64,000 nt of DNA from Octopus sinensis. Taxonomy: Eukaryota. A program made the translations under genes and the position numbers. Below, one piece after another: positions 1-13,230 of this stretch; the stretch's first letter is position 1, and each line of letters opens with the position of its first letter. Under the pieces are notes generated by a model. That model saw nothing but the letters and a program-made list of their open reading frames with translations. It made no database searches and was not told the origin of the DNA. The DNA is taken from assembly GCF_006345805.1 (NCBI RefSeq), contig NW_021831825.1, forward strand, positions 1-64,000. The letters run 5' to 3'.

Positions 1-329
1 TTGAAGGTGATACTCGTATTATCATGGCGTGTGTCTACCCACTCCTGGATTCGTGACCGTTACATCATGGTGTATCTAGAAGGTTATGCTTTATCAATAT
101 GTATGTATGCATGCTTGAACACATACACGTACACCCACAGACATTTATAGAGAAGATCAGACTAGAGTCGTTTCGAACGAAGCCTCCTCGTTTTGTTAAG
201 TGCAATTGCAACTGACAAGACCTTCAGTCGAATCTGTTGTAGTGTCATCGTTTATCATATAAATAAATGTACAACATTTAACGTTTATTTCACGTAGTCT
301 ATAATTAATGTACATGAATTCGTTATTTG

Positions 330-506
330 CTTTCTATACACATACACACATACATACACACATACATACACACATACATACATACATACATACATACATA
401 ATACATGCATACCATATATAATGTATGTATTATGTATGTTATGTAAATGTATGTATGTATGTATGTATATGTATAAATATATATATATGTCTCTATATAT
501 ATATAA

Positions 507-559
<53 letters not shown>

Positions 560-871
560 TATATACACATATAATATTATCTATATATTATTTATATATA
601 TATAGAATTTATATTTATTTGTATATTTATATATATAAATTAATATATATAGTATAATATATATATATATATATTATATATAATTAATTATAAGGTGAGA
701 GAATTAGATACTAATTTAATAGTATATCTATTCACACCAAGTGGCCTAGTGCTCCGAGAAACTGGATTATTTATAATTTTATAATATATTATAATATTTT
801 TACAAAATAATATAAGAGAGTGGTCACTATATGGCTCAGAGTGAGCCATATAGTGACCACTCTCTTATATT

Positions 872-911
<40 letters not shown>

Positions 912-956
912 ATATATATTATATATATACCATATACATATATATTATATATATAT
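330..956. repeat. (TACA)n/(TA)n compound microsatellite
   Basis: Simple repeat visible directly; explains the YIYI/MYVC ORFs. Confidence 0.95.
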
Positions 957-1333
957 CTGCAGTATCGCCCGGCGTTGCTCGGGTTTGTAAGGGAAATAAC
1001 TATAAAGCATTTTTAGAGAGTTATAGCCAAAAAATAGCAAAAAAAATGGGAAATAAATGATGGTAAATTTTTTTTTTGATAGTTAAAAAGGTCGAGTTGC
1101 GTCCCCTGTGGTTTGTGTTTCTGATTCTCGACCCCATGTCGAATTTACCGATCTTTTTCAGAACTGGGGGAACTTTTCAAAATTTTCGCTGCGTTAGTTT
1201 TGAATTATGACATTGGGCTATGTGTGTGTCAAGTTTCATCAGAATCGGTTGAAAGCCGTGGTCAGGGTGAGGGTACAAGCAAACAGACACACAGAAACAC
1301 GCACAGACAAACTGCCGTTTATATAGAGAGAGA
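957..1333 (-). mobile_element. Non-autonomous Helitron (HelitronN)
   Basis: Minus strand starts A|TCTCTCTCTATATAAACGGC and ends with hairpin CCCGAGCAACGCCGGG followed by a degenerate CTAG (CAG). The 3' ~70 bp nearly match 3758-3840. Confidence 0.75.
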
Positions 1334-1639
1334 TATTGAGTACTACTTTTTTCTCCTATCAACTAGAAATATAAGAAATACGTACTCACAGATATGCATA
1401 TGCATAAAGATATTTGTGTGTGTGAGTGTGTGTGTACGTGTGTATGTGTGATTTGTGTGACATTGCCGTGGTACCGCAAATAGCAGCGAACCTAGTATAT
1501 ACCCCACAACGAAATATATATATATGTTATATTATTACTCCCGCCTAATGCTTTTTTTATGCTTTTTTTCTTGATGTTTCATTCTCTCTGTGGTCTGTGT
1601 GTTTGTTGTGTTGCATCGTGTATGTCATATACGTGCAGA

Positions 1640-1859
1640 TATGAATACACACACCACACCAAACATATATTATATATATATATATTATATAGCCTAATAT
1701 TATTATTATATATATATATATTATATATATATATATAATATATTTATATTATATATTATATATATGTATATGAATATATATACATATATATACCAAATAT
1801 ATATAATAAATGTACTATATATATATTATATATTATATATAATTATATATATATATGTG

Positions 1860-1899
<40 letters not shown>

Positions 1900-2015
1900 T
1901 ATCTATATATATATAATGTTATATATTATGAGTGTATATATATAAATGTTATATATATATATGTGTATTGAATGTATATCTATATGTATATGAATATTCT
2001 ATATATATAATATGA

Positions 2016-2063
<48 letters not shown>

Positions 2064-2165
2064 TTATATATATATATATGCGCACAGATATATATATACA
2101 TGAACATGTATACATGTATACACAAACCTACATAGCATACATGCACACATACACACACAAACACA
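1640..2165. repeat. (TA)n-rich microsatellite block
   Basis: Simple repeat visible directly. Confidence 0.95.
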
Positions 2166-2558
2166 TAGATAGGAGTGGAGCTGCTTCTACGTGACTGGAG
2201 CCATGGATAACAGACCCAAACGACTTCATCTAATCATTTCCAGTTTCCTTTGATCTGAAGTTTAAAATTAATGTTTGCTTTCTAAAGAAATCGAAAACAA
2301 AAATAATTATTACAAACATCACTACTGCCATCTTTCGTCTTGAAGCGGTATCACCTCACCTTTACCTTTCACACACCAACCCCGTCACCCACAACCCCGG
2401 TATGTTTCATAATTCCTATTTAGATTCAATTAAATTCACCGTTTGCCACGTGCGCGCGCGCGCACACACACACACACGCGCACTTACATGAACACACGGT
2501 CACATTTGTGTATCTTGCTATCGATCTACTTATTTGTCTATCCTTGATATCTATATAC

Positions 2559-2604
<46 letters not shown>

Positions 2605-3034
2605 TATTATATATATATATATATAATATATATAGTATTCTTAATTAGGCGTCTGTATATGTTTATATTGCTAACAAACACGTATGCACTCCATCGGATA
2701 CATACATACACACATCTATTTATCTATCTATCTATCTATCTATATATCTATCTATCTATCTATCATACTATCTATCTATCTATCTGTCTATCTATCTATC
2801 TATCTCTCTATCTATCTATCTATATATTCTATACACATGTATATATTGTTGATGTCATACACATTATACATACACATGTACATATACCCACACACACGCC
2901 GTGTATGTATATATTTTATGTAATTATATACTTATGCATGTAATTTTATATAAAGATCAGTGTAACAACAACAACAACAACAACACCCACAACAAAATTA
3001 ATTGCTTGTAATAAAATCACCATGCCAGCAATTG

Positions 3035-3240
3035 CAGGCGAAGGGATTAGTCGGCGTAATTGACTAAGCTGCCCACCACCACCACCACCACGAATGCTTA
3101 ACTATCTCTATATTTTATCGACCTCCGAATGGATGAAAAGCAAAGCGGACCTCGGTACGATTTGAACTCAGAACATAGAGAACCGAAAGAAGTGCCACTT
3201 ATGCATTTTGTTGTTCGTGCCAAAGATTATAGCAGTTTTA
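3035..3240 (-). mobile_element. Decayed tRNA-derived SINE, family B
   Basis: Degenerate match to SINE-B body (GGATGAAA..CAAAG..GACCTCGG...TTTGAACTCAGAAC). Confidence 0.6.
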
Positions 3241-3291
3241 GAACAAAAAAAAAAAATGAAAAAGAAAAACGAATGTAAAGATTTCTTTAAC

Positions 3292-3420
3292 AAAAAAAAA
3301 AAAGGTAGATCGAAAAAAAGGTAGATTGAAAAAAAGGTAGATTGAAAAAAAGGTAGATTGAAAAAAAGGTAGATTGAAAAAAAGTAGATTGAAAAAAAGG
3401 TAGATTGAAAAAAGGTAGAC
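3292..3420. repeat. ~16-bp minisatellite (AAAAAAAGGTAGATTG)n, about 8 copies
   Basis: Tandem copies read directly. Confidence 0.9.
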
Positions 3421-3757
3421 AGATATAAATTGCCATATATGATATTTCTGTTTCTGGTTACCGAGGATACACTGGTGTCAGGTTATTAAGACTGAAACGT
3501 CCGATTTTGAACTGAAAGTTTATTTTTCTCTATCTCAACAAAAAGCAGTTAATCAAAGTATTGCACCTAAATTATCAACACAGTTCTGCCATTTTATCGG
3601 TAGCTTCTTTATGCCAGCAATGAAGAATTCTGGAGAGCAAGAGGTGATGAAATCACGAAAGATGGGTTTTGCATCTTCTTGAGATTTGAAATTTTTCTAC
3701 TTCTTATAAGATATACACATACAGGAGGAGTAAATCTATATATCCATATATATATAA

Positions 3758-4258
3758 CTAGCAGTATCGCCCGGCGTTGCTCGGGTTTGTAAGGGAAATA
3801 ACTATATAAGCATTTTTAGAGAGTTATAGCCAAAGAATAGCAAAAGAAATGCATTATAAATGGAAAAAAAATGATGGTAAATTTTTTTTTAAATCGTTAA
3901 CTCATCGTAGACATTTTTAGAGAGTTACTTCCCTTATATAATAACGAAAAAATGCATTAAATATGGAAAAAAAATGATGGTAAATTTTTTTTAAATCGTT
4001 GACTCATCGTAGACATTTTTAGAGAGTTACTTCCCTTATATAATAGCGAAAAAATGCATTAAAATGGAAAAAAATGATGGTAAATTATTTTTAAAATCGT
4101 AGACTCATCGTAGACGCGCGCTAATACCCAGAAGGGCTCGATATGAATCACGACTATAAGATACCCGGTTTTGGTTACACTGCACCGCAAAATGTGGGAG
4201 TAGTTAGGAATCTAAATCGTAGGAGACAGACACACAACTTGACTTTTATATATAAAGA
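3758..4258 (-). mobile_element. Non-autonomous Helitron (HelitronN) with internal ~105-bp tandem repeats
   Basis: Minus strand A|TCTTTATATATAAAAG ... CCCGAGCAACGCCGGGCGATACTGCTAG|T: TC 5' end, subterminal hairpin, CTAG 3' end, AT target, no TSD. Internal CATTTTTAGAGAGTTA-anchored repeat present three times. Confidence 0.85.
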
Positions 4259-4489
4259 TAACACTTTGAATGTGGATCCCAACAAAGAGTAAAAGTAATT
4301 AGCCTATCAACGATGGGTATTACTGCTAGTCACTGATAAAATACAATATCGCTGAGGTATGTTCCAAGTAGATACTTTCAGTTAATTTCTTGTCATTCAT
4401 GTTGAGGAAGTCTGAAGGGTATCTCATTAGTTCGCAGGGAGACAGGAGTACCAAGCAATTTTTAAGATAAATGACAACCTCATTTTGTT

Positions 4490-4980
4490 AATGAGTGATG
4501 AAGCTCATTTTCGTTTCAATGGCACGGTGAATCAACAGAATTGTCGTTATTTCACAGCCCAAAAGTAACGGTCTGGTGTGCTGTTGGAAAGCTACCGTCA
4601 TTGGTCCTAATTTTTTTGAAGACAATCATGGAAATGCTGTTACTGAGAACTCCAAGCGTTACATCGAGATGATAAACAACTTCTTTTGCTTGAATTACGA
4701 CGAAAACATATGCTTATTGGACGTGTGTGATTTCAGCAGGATGGGGCAACGGCCCACTCAGCCATAATACTGGAGAGAGTGGGAGGCAACTTCCAAGAAC
4801 GTCTTCAGAAATGCATTAATGAAAACGGACACCACATGATGGATGTTGTCTTTAACACTTGATTCTGACAAATACTAATTCAATACGAACACATTGATAT
4901 CAATAAAATTTGTTTGCAACTAAAATTAGTGATTTTTTTGAATTTTCCCAAAGTGTCCGTCCTCTCTGCCCCTCCCTTTA
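4490..4980 (+). mobile_element. Tc1/mariner-superfamily transposase remnant (Tc3/maT-like)
   Basis: Frameshifted motifs MSDEAHF..NG.VNQQNCRY, PKVTVWCAV, GPNFFED, FQQDGAT.H carry the first two catalytic Asp residues. Confidence 0.8.
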
Positions 4981-5126
4981 AGTGGAACAGTAAAAATGTG
5001 CAAGACTTTGCTCGAGTTTAAAACATGACATTGTTCTTGTTATCTAGAGGTTTAAAATGTGACATCGTTTTTCTTATTTACATTGTTTTGTATCTTTGTT
5101 AGAAACCAGCTCCTTCCTACCGAGAG

Positions 5127-5528
5127 GTAATATTTGTCTCCATTTGAACGTGGATGTTCTGTTAGAACAAGCTACACTGCAGTAGTTACTATGAGAGAAA
5201 CTTTCACATTGGTTAGCGCCGAAACCACCTGATCACGTGATTTCGACCTTCCTTGGTATTGTCAGTATATCGCTGGCTGGAAGATGAGTCGCTGTATATC
5301 TCCAGTGGTCGAGATCCATCATTGACAAGGCCAGGGAAAGTCGAAATCACCACGTGATCTGGTGGTCTCGGTGCTAGCGGTGGCGAGGATCGATTTCCTC
5401 GTTAGCGATATAACCCAGTGTGTATTTTGCACCAAAAGCCAATACCAAAGTTTCTCTCATGGTAAATATCTTTTGCCGCATAGTTTGTTTTAACAGAACA
5501 TCCACGTTTAAGTGGGCGCAAATATTAC
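5127..5528. mobile_element. Foldback/MITE-like element with three nested inverted-repeat pairs
   Basis: Arms 5127-5174/5481-5528, 5191-5204/5447-5460 and 5215-5257/5331-5377 are reverse complements with few mismatches. Confidence 0.75.
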
Positions 5529-5689
5529 ACACCACAATATCTAAATGTTCAATAGAAACGTTGGTGACTCGTGCATTATAAAAGAAACATTTTGATATTT
5601 ACAACCACAAAGTGCCAGTGGCTGTGTAGCTTTCAATTGGCAAAAATTTATTGGAGAATTTCAGCATTCTAGCTTTCATACACGTTTTC

Positions 5690-5738
<49 letters not shown>

Positions 5739-6054
5739 TCTCTCTCTCTCTTTCTCTCTCTCTCTCAGTCGTAACTCCCACATTTTTTTCCATAGTGCGC
5801 ATCTCTGAACATACGTTTCATATAATGATTTGCTATTGTTTACAGTTTGCCAATTATTTCAAATTAAGACGCCGTGTTCAATTCCACCGCGCTGCACCCA
5901 GGGCAAGTGATTTTTCTACTGTAAGGCTACATTTGATCAATACCTCACAAGTGGAATTTGGTTAAGAGGTATGTACTGAAACCTGTTGATTATACGTACA
6001 CATACATCCATCCACCCATCAATCCATCCATCCATCCATCCATCCATCCATACA

Positions 6055-6088
<34 letters not shown>

Positions 6089-6164
6089 CATACATACATA
6101 CATACATATATACATACATACATACATAAATACATACATACATACATACATAAAAATACACACA

Positions 6165-6553
6165 CAGTAGAACCTCGCCGTTCGAGTGCACCATTGTACG
6201 AGTAATTTGCTGTCCGAGTCGAAACTCATGCGAATTTTTGTCTTAAAATACGTGCGGGAATCCGCAGTACGAGCACACGAATCGTCCCATCTTTAAGGTA
6301 ATTCAGTTAATAAAACCAGTTTACATATTTCTTTTGCATTCTCTTTTTTTAATAATTGTCATTTTTACTTGCAACTACACTTCTTCTGTTTTAAAACCCA
6401 TAAAAAATTATTTTTTAGTGTATTTTGAGGGGCTGGGACGGATTAATTATATTTTAGTTAATTTCAATGGTGGGGGGAAATTGGTTTATAAAATGAGTAA
6501 AAAGACGAGCTCGGTCATGGAACGAACTATACTTGTACCGCGAGCTATCACTG
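6165..6553. mobile_element. pogo/Tigger-like MITE
   Basis: TIR-like ends CAGTAGAACCTCG ... CGAGCTATCACTG followed by TA; AT-rich non-coding interior. Confidence 0.7.
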
Positions 6554-6568
6554 TATGTATATACATAT

Positions 6569-6613
<45 letters not shown>

Positions 6614-6654
6614 CATATTTGTGTGTGCATATATACTTTCTCTCTCTCTCATTC

Positions 6655-6688
<34 letters not shown>

Positions 6689-6722
6689 AATCTATCTATC
6701 TATCTCTATCTATCTCTCTGTC

Positions 6723-6775
<53 letters not shown>

Positions 6776-6871
6776 GTACCATGCCACCTAGCTAGCTAAG
6801 TGTGTGTTATAAGCATTGAGTGACGATTGTGTTGAACATATACTTGTGTCGCCCATATTAGAGGTAATCGT

Positions 6872-7800
6872 AAGGCGGTGAGCTGGCAGAATCATCATCG
6901 CGCCGGACAAAATGCTTAGCAGCATTTCTTCCGACTTTACGTTCTGAGTTTAAATGCTGCCAGTATCGACTTAACCTTTCACTTTTTCAGGGTCGATAAA
7001 ATAAGTACCAGATGGGTACTGGGGTTGATGTAATCGACTTCGGCGAGCTGGCAGAATCGTTACCGTACCGGAGAAAATGCTTAGCAGCCTTTCTTCCGGC
7101 TTTACGTTCTGAGTTCAAATGCTCCCAGGGTTGACTTAGCCTTTCACTTTTTCGGTTTCGATAAAATAAGTACCAGATGTAATCAACTTTGGTAAGCTGA
7201 CAGAATCGCTATCGCGCCGGACAAAATGCTTCGTGGTATTTCTGCCGACTTAAAGGCTGGGGAGCTGGCAGAATCGTTAGCACACCGGGCGAAATGCTTA
7301 GCGGTATTTCGTCTGCCGCTACGTTCTGAGTTCAAATTCCGCCGAGGTCGACTTTGCCTTTCATCCTTTCGGGATCGATAAATTAAGTACCAATTACGCA
7401 CAGGGGTCGATGTAATCGACTTAATCCGTTTGTCTGTCCTTGTTTGTCCCCTCTGTGTTTAGCCCCTTGTGGGTAGTAAAGAAATAGGTATTTCTTCCAA
7501 CTTTACCTTCAAATGCCGCTAGAGTAAGCGTAGCCTTTCACCTTTTCATTGTCGATAAAATAAATTGCTGGCCTTGTGCCAAAATTTGAAACCTATATTT
7601 GAAGTAACTGTAAAGCAGTGAACTGGTAGGATCTTTTCCGAGCCGGGTAAATGCTTCCCAATATTTCTTCCGATTTTATGTTCAAATGCTGTCAGGGTCG
7701 ACTTAGTCTTTCACTTTATCAGGATCGATAAAGTAAGTACCAGTTAAATACTGGGGTCGATGTAATCGAACTACTCCCCACCTCCAAAAAAAATTGCTGG
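6872..7800 (+). mobile_element. Cluster of about 6 head-to-tail partial SINE-B copies
   Basis: Head GGCG.GAGCTGGCAGAATCG (A box) and GAGTTCAAAT (B box) recur near 6872, 7041, 7191, 7258 and 7612, with an internal restart near 7490. Confidence 0.85.
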
Positions 7801-8061
7801 CCTTGACGTGTGTTACTGAAATGAAGGTATCTTCGTAGAATGTGCGTAGTAGTTAGTAGGGCTATTTTTTACAGTTCAAGACATGTAAAGTTGAGGACCT
7901 GACGGTATCGCGATTTTATGGTTTGCTTTGATCTTATAATTGCAGGTGGTTTAGTTTTGGGTTATACAAATCTATAGATTAAGAATTTCGTAATCAAAGA
8001 CCATAATTTGAACACCTAACTCCGTCTCTGCAGCAGCTTCCGTGTACCTCCTAAACTCACC

Positions 8062-8452
8062 ATGGAATGGAAGCACTCCGTCGGTTACGACGACGAGGTT
8101 TCCGGTTGATCCGAATCAACGGAACAGCCTGCTCGTGAAATTAACGTGTAAGTGGTTGAGCACTCCACAGACACGTGTACCCTTAACGTAGTTCTCGGGG
8201 ATATTCAGCGTGACACAGAGAGTGACAAGGCCGGCCCCTTGAAATACAGGTACAACAGAAACAGGAAGTAAGAGTGAGAGAAAGTTGTGGTGAAAGAGTA
8301 CAGCAGGGATCACCACCATCCCCTGCCGGAGCCTCGTGGAGCTTTTAGGTGTTTTCGCTCAATAAACACTCACAACGCCCGGTCTGGGAATCGAAACCGC
8401 GATCCTATGACCGCGAGTCCGCTGCCCTAACCACTGGGCCATTGTGCCTCCA
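8062..8452 (-). mobile_element. tRNA-derived SINE, family C, with RTE-like 3' tail
   Basis: Minus-strand head GTGGAGGCACAATGGCCCAGTGGTTAGGGCAGCGGACTCGCGG (A box) plus GGTTTCGATTCCC (B box); near-identical to 25492-25877. Confidence 0.9.
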
Positions 8453-9580
8453 CAAACTCACCATACAGTGCCTGGTAACATAGTTTTTAACGCGAATCAT
8501 CTACCACCACCAACACCAACACCAACTCTACCACCACCGTTACCGTCGACACCACAACAGCTATTGACAGCACTACCATCGTCCCTATTACTAACAACGA
8601 TACCAGAGTCAACCATATCCCCAACTAAAACCATCACAATTACCACCACCACCATTGCCGCCACCACCATTGCCGCCACCACCACTACCGCCACACCACC
8701 ATCACCACCACCACCACTTTCATTGTCTCCATTTACAGATATCTCAAAAATCTCTCTTCAGTCATGTCAAGAGACCATTATCGATATTAATTTCGATTAA
8801 CAGTATGACCTGTACATTGGACTAACATACACGACCTCTCTACACCATACATATACACACACACGTACACACACACATATACACATATTCATAGATATAA
8901 ACACACACCATACACATACAGACGCATCATACACATGCTCCTTACACACCACATAACACGCACAGTAGACATAAACACACACACACACACACATCTCATT
9001 CAGCAAATATATACACATTTATATATATATGTATACACACACACACACACATTAGCATTACCGCTACATTAACTACGATTAGTTGATTCACACATATTTC
9101 CCGCCGTTAGATGGCATGGCAGTAGCGTACTGCTGACTTATATAGCAGCCATTTTTCTCTCTAAGTATTATTTAATATGCTATTATCATTTGTTTTCATC
9201 TCCTTTACCATAATTCCTTCCCGTCTTTCATATATTCTTTGATTTCTTTCCTCTCTTTCAGCTATTTTCCTTTCTTTCCATTCTTTGCAGTCCCTTAATC
9301 TGTCCTAAGTGAGCAATGGCCGCCTAAAAATGCCTTCCGGTTTCTCTAGAAGTTTTCTTCTTTTTATTTTGATAAGGCTCTGACGATTTAAGCCTCTCTT
9401 AATAATAGACTTTCGAAAAATACCCTGAAGTTTATTTTTCTTTCAGTTTTAGTAAAGGGATTGGTTTTCGTTTCTGTAAGGTACTGTCAGACATGAGGAA
9501 ATGCGGTATTCTGAAGATGTCGAAAGAACCGGTTCAGAGAGTCATACTTTGTTCTATAAGAGAATGAGAGAGAAAGAAAG

Positions 9581-9641
<61 letters not shown>

Positions 9642-9867
9642 AGAGAGAGAAGAGCGGGAAAGTTATACGTTACAACTTCAAAAGAATAACGAAGAGGTAA
9701 GCGTTTAATGAGGCGGGAATGATTTATAATGATTTCAGACAGCAGCCTTAAGAGACACCGGAGCACACAGCACAAATGCTGCCACGCACGATTATTTATA
9801 AAGAGAGTAAGGTATCATCGACTTACTATGGGATGAGTTCACAGCCAATTGTAAATATCGACAGTGT

Positions 9868-10159
9868 ACATACATACATACATACATACATACATACATA
9901 CATACATACATACATACATACATACATACATACATACATGCATACATACATACACACACATACATACACACATACATACATATATACATATATACATATA
10001 TACATACATACATACATACATAAGTGCATACATACATACATACATACATACATACAATCATACATACATACATACATACATACATACATACATACAATCA
10101 TACATACACACATACATACATACATACATACGTACGTACGTACGTACATACATACATAA

Positions 10160-10190
<31 letters not shown>

Positions 10191-10620
10191 CATACACACA
10201 CACATACATACATACATGCGTACATACATACATACATACATACATACATACATGCATACATACATACATACATACATACATACATACGTACATACATACA
10301 TACATATGCATACATACATATATACATACACACATACACACACATACATACATACACACATACACACACATACATACACATACATACATACATACACATA
10401 CATACATACATACATCATACACATACATACACAAATACATACATACATACATACACACACGTACATACATACATATACATACATACATAACACACACATG
10501 CATAACACCCATACATACATGCATAGATACATACATTTATTTATTCATGCATACATACACGCGTGCGCACATACGCACCCACCTGCACCACACACACACA
10601 CACACACACATACACGCACA
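9868..10620. repeat. (CATA)n microsatellite, ~750 bp
   Basis: Simple repeat; source of the HTYI/MYVC ORFs. Confidence 0.95.
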
Positions 10621-10789
10621 CAAATCTACTGAATATCTGAGGGTTTATTGATACGAAACCGCTGGTATCGGACTGTTGAATTTTGTTAAAGGGAATTTTT
10701 ATTTACAAATATGGTGTTTAGAACTCACTCTTCCAGATCGTCACTAATGTTTGTATGTCTGCGTGCGTGCATGAGTGCGTATGTGTGCG

Positions 10790-11020
10790 TGTATGTGTAT
10801 GTGTCTTTGTGCTTCTGTTTGTCTCCCGTCACCGCTTGACATTAACCGGTGTTAATGTGTTTATGTCCCTATAACTTAGCGGGGTTCAGCAAAAGAAAGC
10901 GATAGAATATATATACTAGGCTTGAAAAAATAAGCTTTGTGGTCGATTTGTTCGACTGAAACCCTCCGAGGCCCTGCTCCAGCATGGCTGTAGTCAGATG
11001 ACCGAAACAAGTAAAGAACA
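10790..11020 (+). mobile_element. Decayed 3' half of SINE-A
   Basis: CGCTTGAC...GGTGT..GTTTATGTCCC..AACTTAGCGG.TTC.GCAAAAG...CTCCAGCATGGC...GAAACAAGTAAAG. Confidence 0.75.
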
Positions 11021-11070
11021 AAAGAATATATATATGTACACACACACACATACACACGCACACACTCACA

Positions 11071-11102
<32 letters not shown>

Positions 11103-11139
11103 TGAACATACGTACATCCATACATAGATACACACATAA

Positions 11140-12620
11140 AAATGTTAACAATACCAAAAAACAACTGGAATTAATAACATTTTCAGTTGATTTAGTCATG
11201 GAATTTGTCCAAAACAAATGTTCACATTTAGTTATAGAACGAGGGAAGTCAGTGCCCCAAACCCAAAACGTGTGCATCTATGGTCTCTCTATCTCCCCCA
11301 TTCCACACAAAGAATGTTACAAGAACTTAGTCATTGACGAAAATTTATCATATAAAGGCACTGTGAATAAATGATAGAGTGACCCGAGAATATTACACCA
11401 GACTTAGGAAAATATGGCAGTCGGAACTCTCTTCTTACAACTAAACAATATCCCACAATACATTTGCAGTACCAGTGCTGATCCCAACGTTTGAGATAAT
11501 TCATTGGTCTGTAGACCATAAATATCAAAACTCGCAAAATCCTGACAATAACTGGGAACTTCCACAGAAACAGTGATGTTGACAGGCTCTACCTCAGAAG
11601 AAATGAAGGTGGTAGAGGTCTGAGATCATTGCAGACGGCCTTCTAATGCCATATGGTATCACTCGGTCAGCACCTGCTAAACAACAGCAGCAAAAATAAA
11701 TATATTAATGCAGTGCTGAAAAGTGAAGTGAGCAACATTGTACAAGTTGGCAGTGAACTTCTCAAGAAACACTCTCATCCTGATGATCTATACAGACCCA
11801 AAGCATCTGGGCTCTCTTACCTCAGAGAAGACCTGGATGGAAAGGACTCAGCATACAAAAAAAAACAAAGACTATGCATGGGAATGTTGCCCGGAAGCTT
11901 GAAGAAGACAGTAAAAGTGATACGCAACCTCTCTTGGACACAAGCCCACTGCATCACATCACACGTTGAAGGCTATGCAGTTGCAATCCAGGAACAGGAG
12001 ATGGACACAAAGCACCTGGTGAACAAGAGGGACAGTGATGCTCTTGTAATCCCAACCGCATGTGTAAGCTATGTCATGTTTCTGTGGAAAACATTACGCA
12101 TGTGATTAGCAGCTGTCCTAAAATGTCATCACGGTTCTACCTCCCTATGCGGCACGATGCTGTTGCTAAAACAATTTACAATGACATCCGCCAGAAAGAC
12201 TGTGCTGAAATAAACTTAGACAATCTCTCTGTTATGGAATACATTCATAAACACCAACTCAAGGAATACTGGTGGAATATTCCCATCAAAGCCTCGGTAA
12301 AAAATGTAAGCATAACAGGCCAGGTATTGTTGTTTGGGACAGAAGGGCAAAGGTATGTACCATAATAGAGGTCAGATTCCCTGTAGGTATAATAATCTCT
12401 TTGAAAATCAAAGAAAAAGAGGATATCTATGGACAACTGCAACGAAACCTCCAGCTTCTATATCCAGACTATGAATTCATATTCATACCAATAATAATTG
12501 GAGCTTTAGGTTTTGTTAGTAAATACTCAAAGGAGAATCTGGATAAACTGGGATTTTCAGAAAGAGAACTTGACCGGCTGATTCATATATCCGACGCTCT
12601 AACAATTCTGTCAATTTTGT
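11140..12620 (+). mobile_element. R4/Dong-type non-LTR retrotransposon fragment (RT C-terminus, CCHC finger, restriction-like endonuclease), pseudogenised
   Basis: Motifs FSVDLVMEFVQNKC, LYLRRNEGGRGL, CKLCHVSVENITHVISSC..RHDAV, KHNRP.IVVWD..IIEV and PIIIGALG across frameshifted ORFs. Confidence 0.85.
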
Positions 12621-12626
12621 CAATGT

Positions 12627-12915
<289 letters not shown>

Positions 12916-13096
12916 CTTCCCAATTTTGGCATAACGCCAGCAAGTTTGGGGTAGGGAGTTAATCGATTTCATCGACACCCTCCACCCTACTGCTCAACTA
13001 GTTCTTACTTTATCGATCTCTGGAAGGATGAAAGGTAAAGTCGACCATGGCGGAATCTGAACCCAGGACGTAAAGATAATAATAATAATAATAATG

Positions 13097-13158
<62 letters not shown>

Positions 13159-13198
13159 TATTATTATTATTATTATAGTAACAACAATAATAATAATG

Positions 13199-13230
<32 letters not shown>

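Noticed and set aside
150-235. Degenerate GAGGA..TTCGAAACG motif on the minus strand as a hammerhead
   Set aside because: Lacks CUGA and a GUH triplet, and no stems close.
9776-10632. Long HTYI/MYVC ORFs, and similar ORFs at 17199-17993, 19887-21014 and 50064-51058
   Set aside because: Translations of tetra- and dinucleotide microsatellites.
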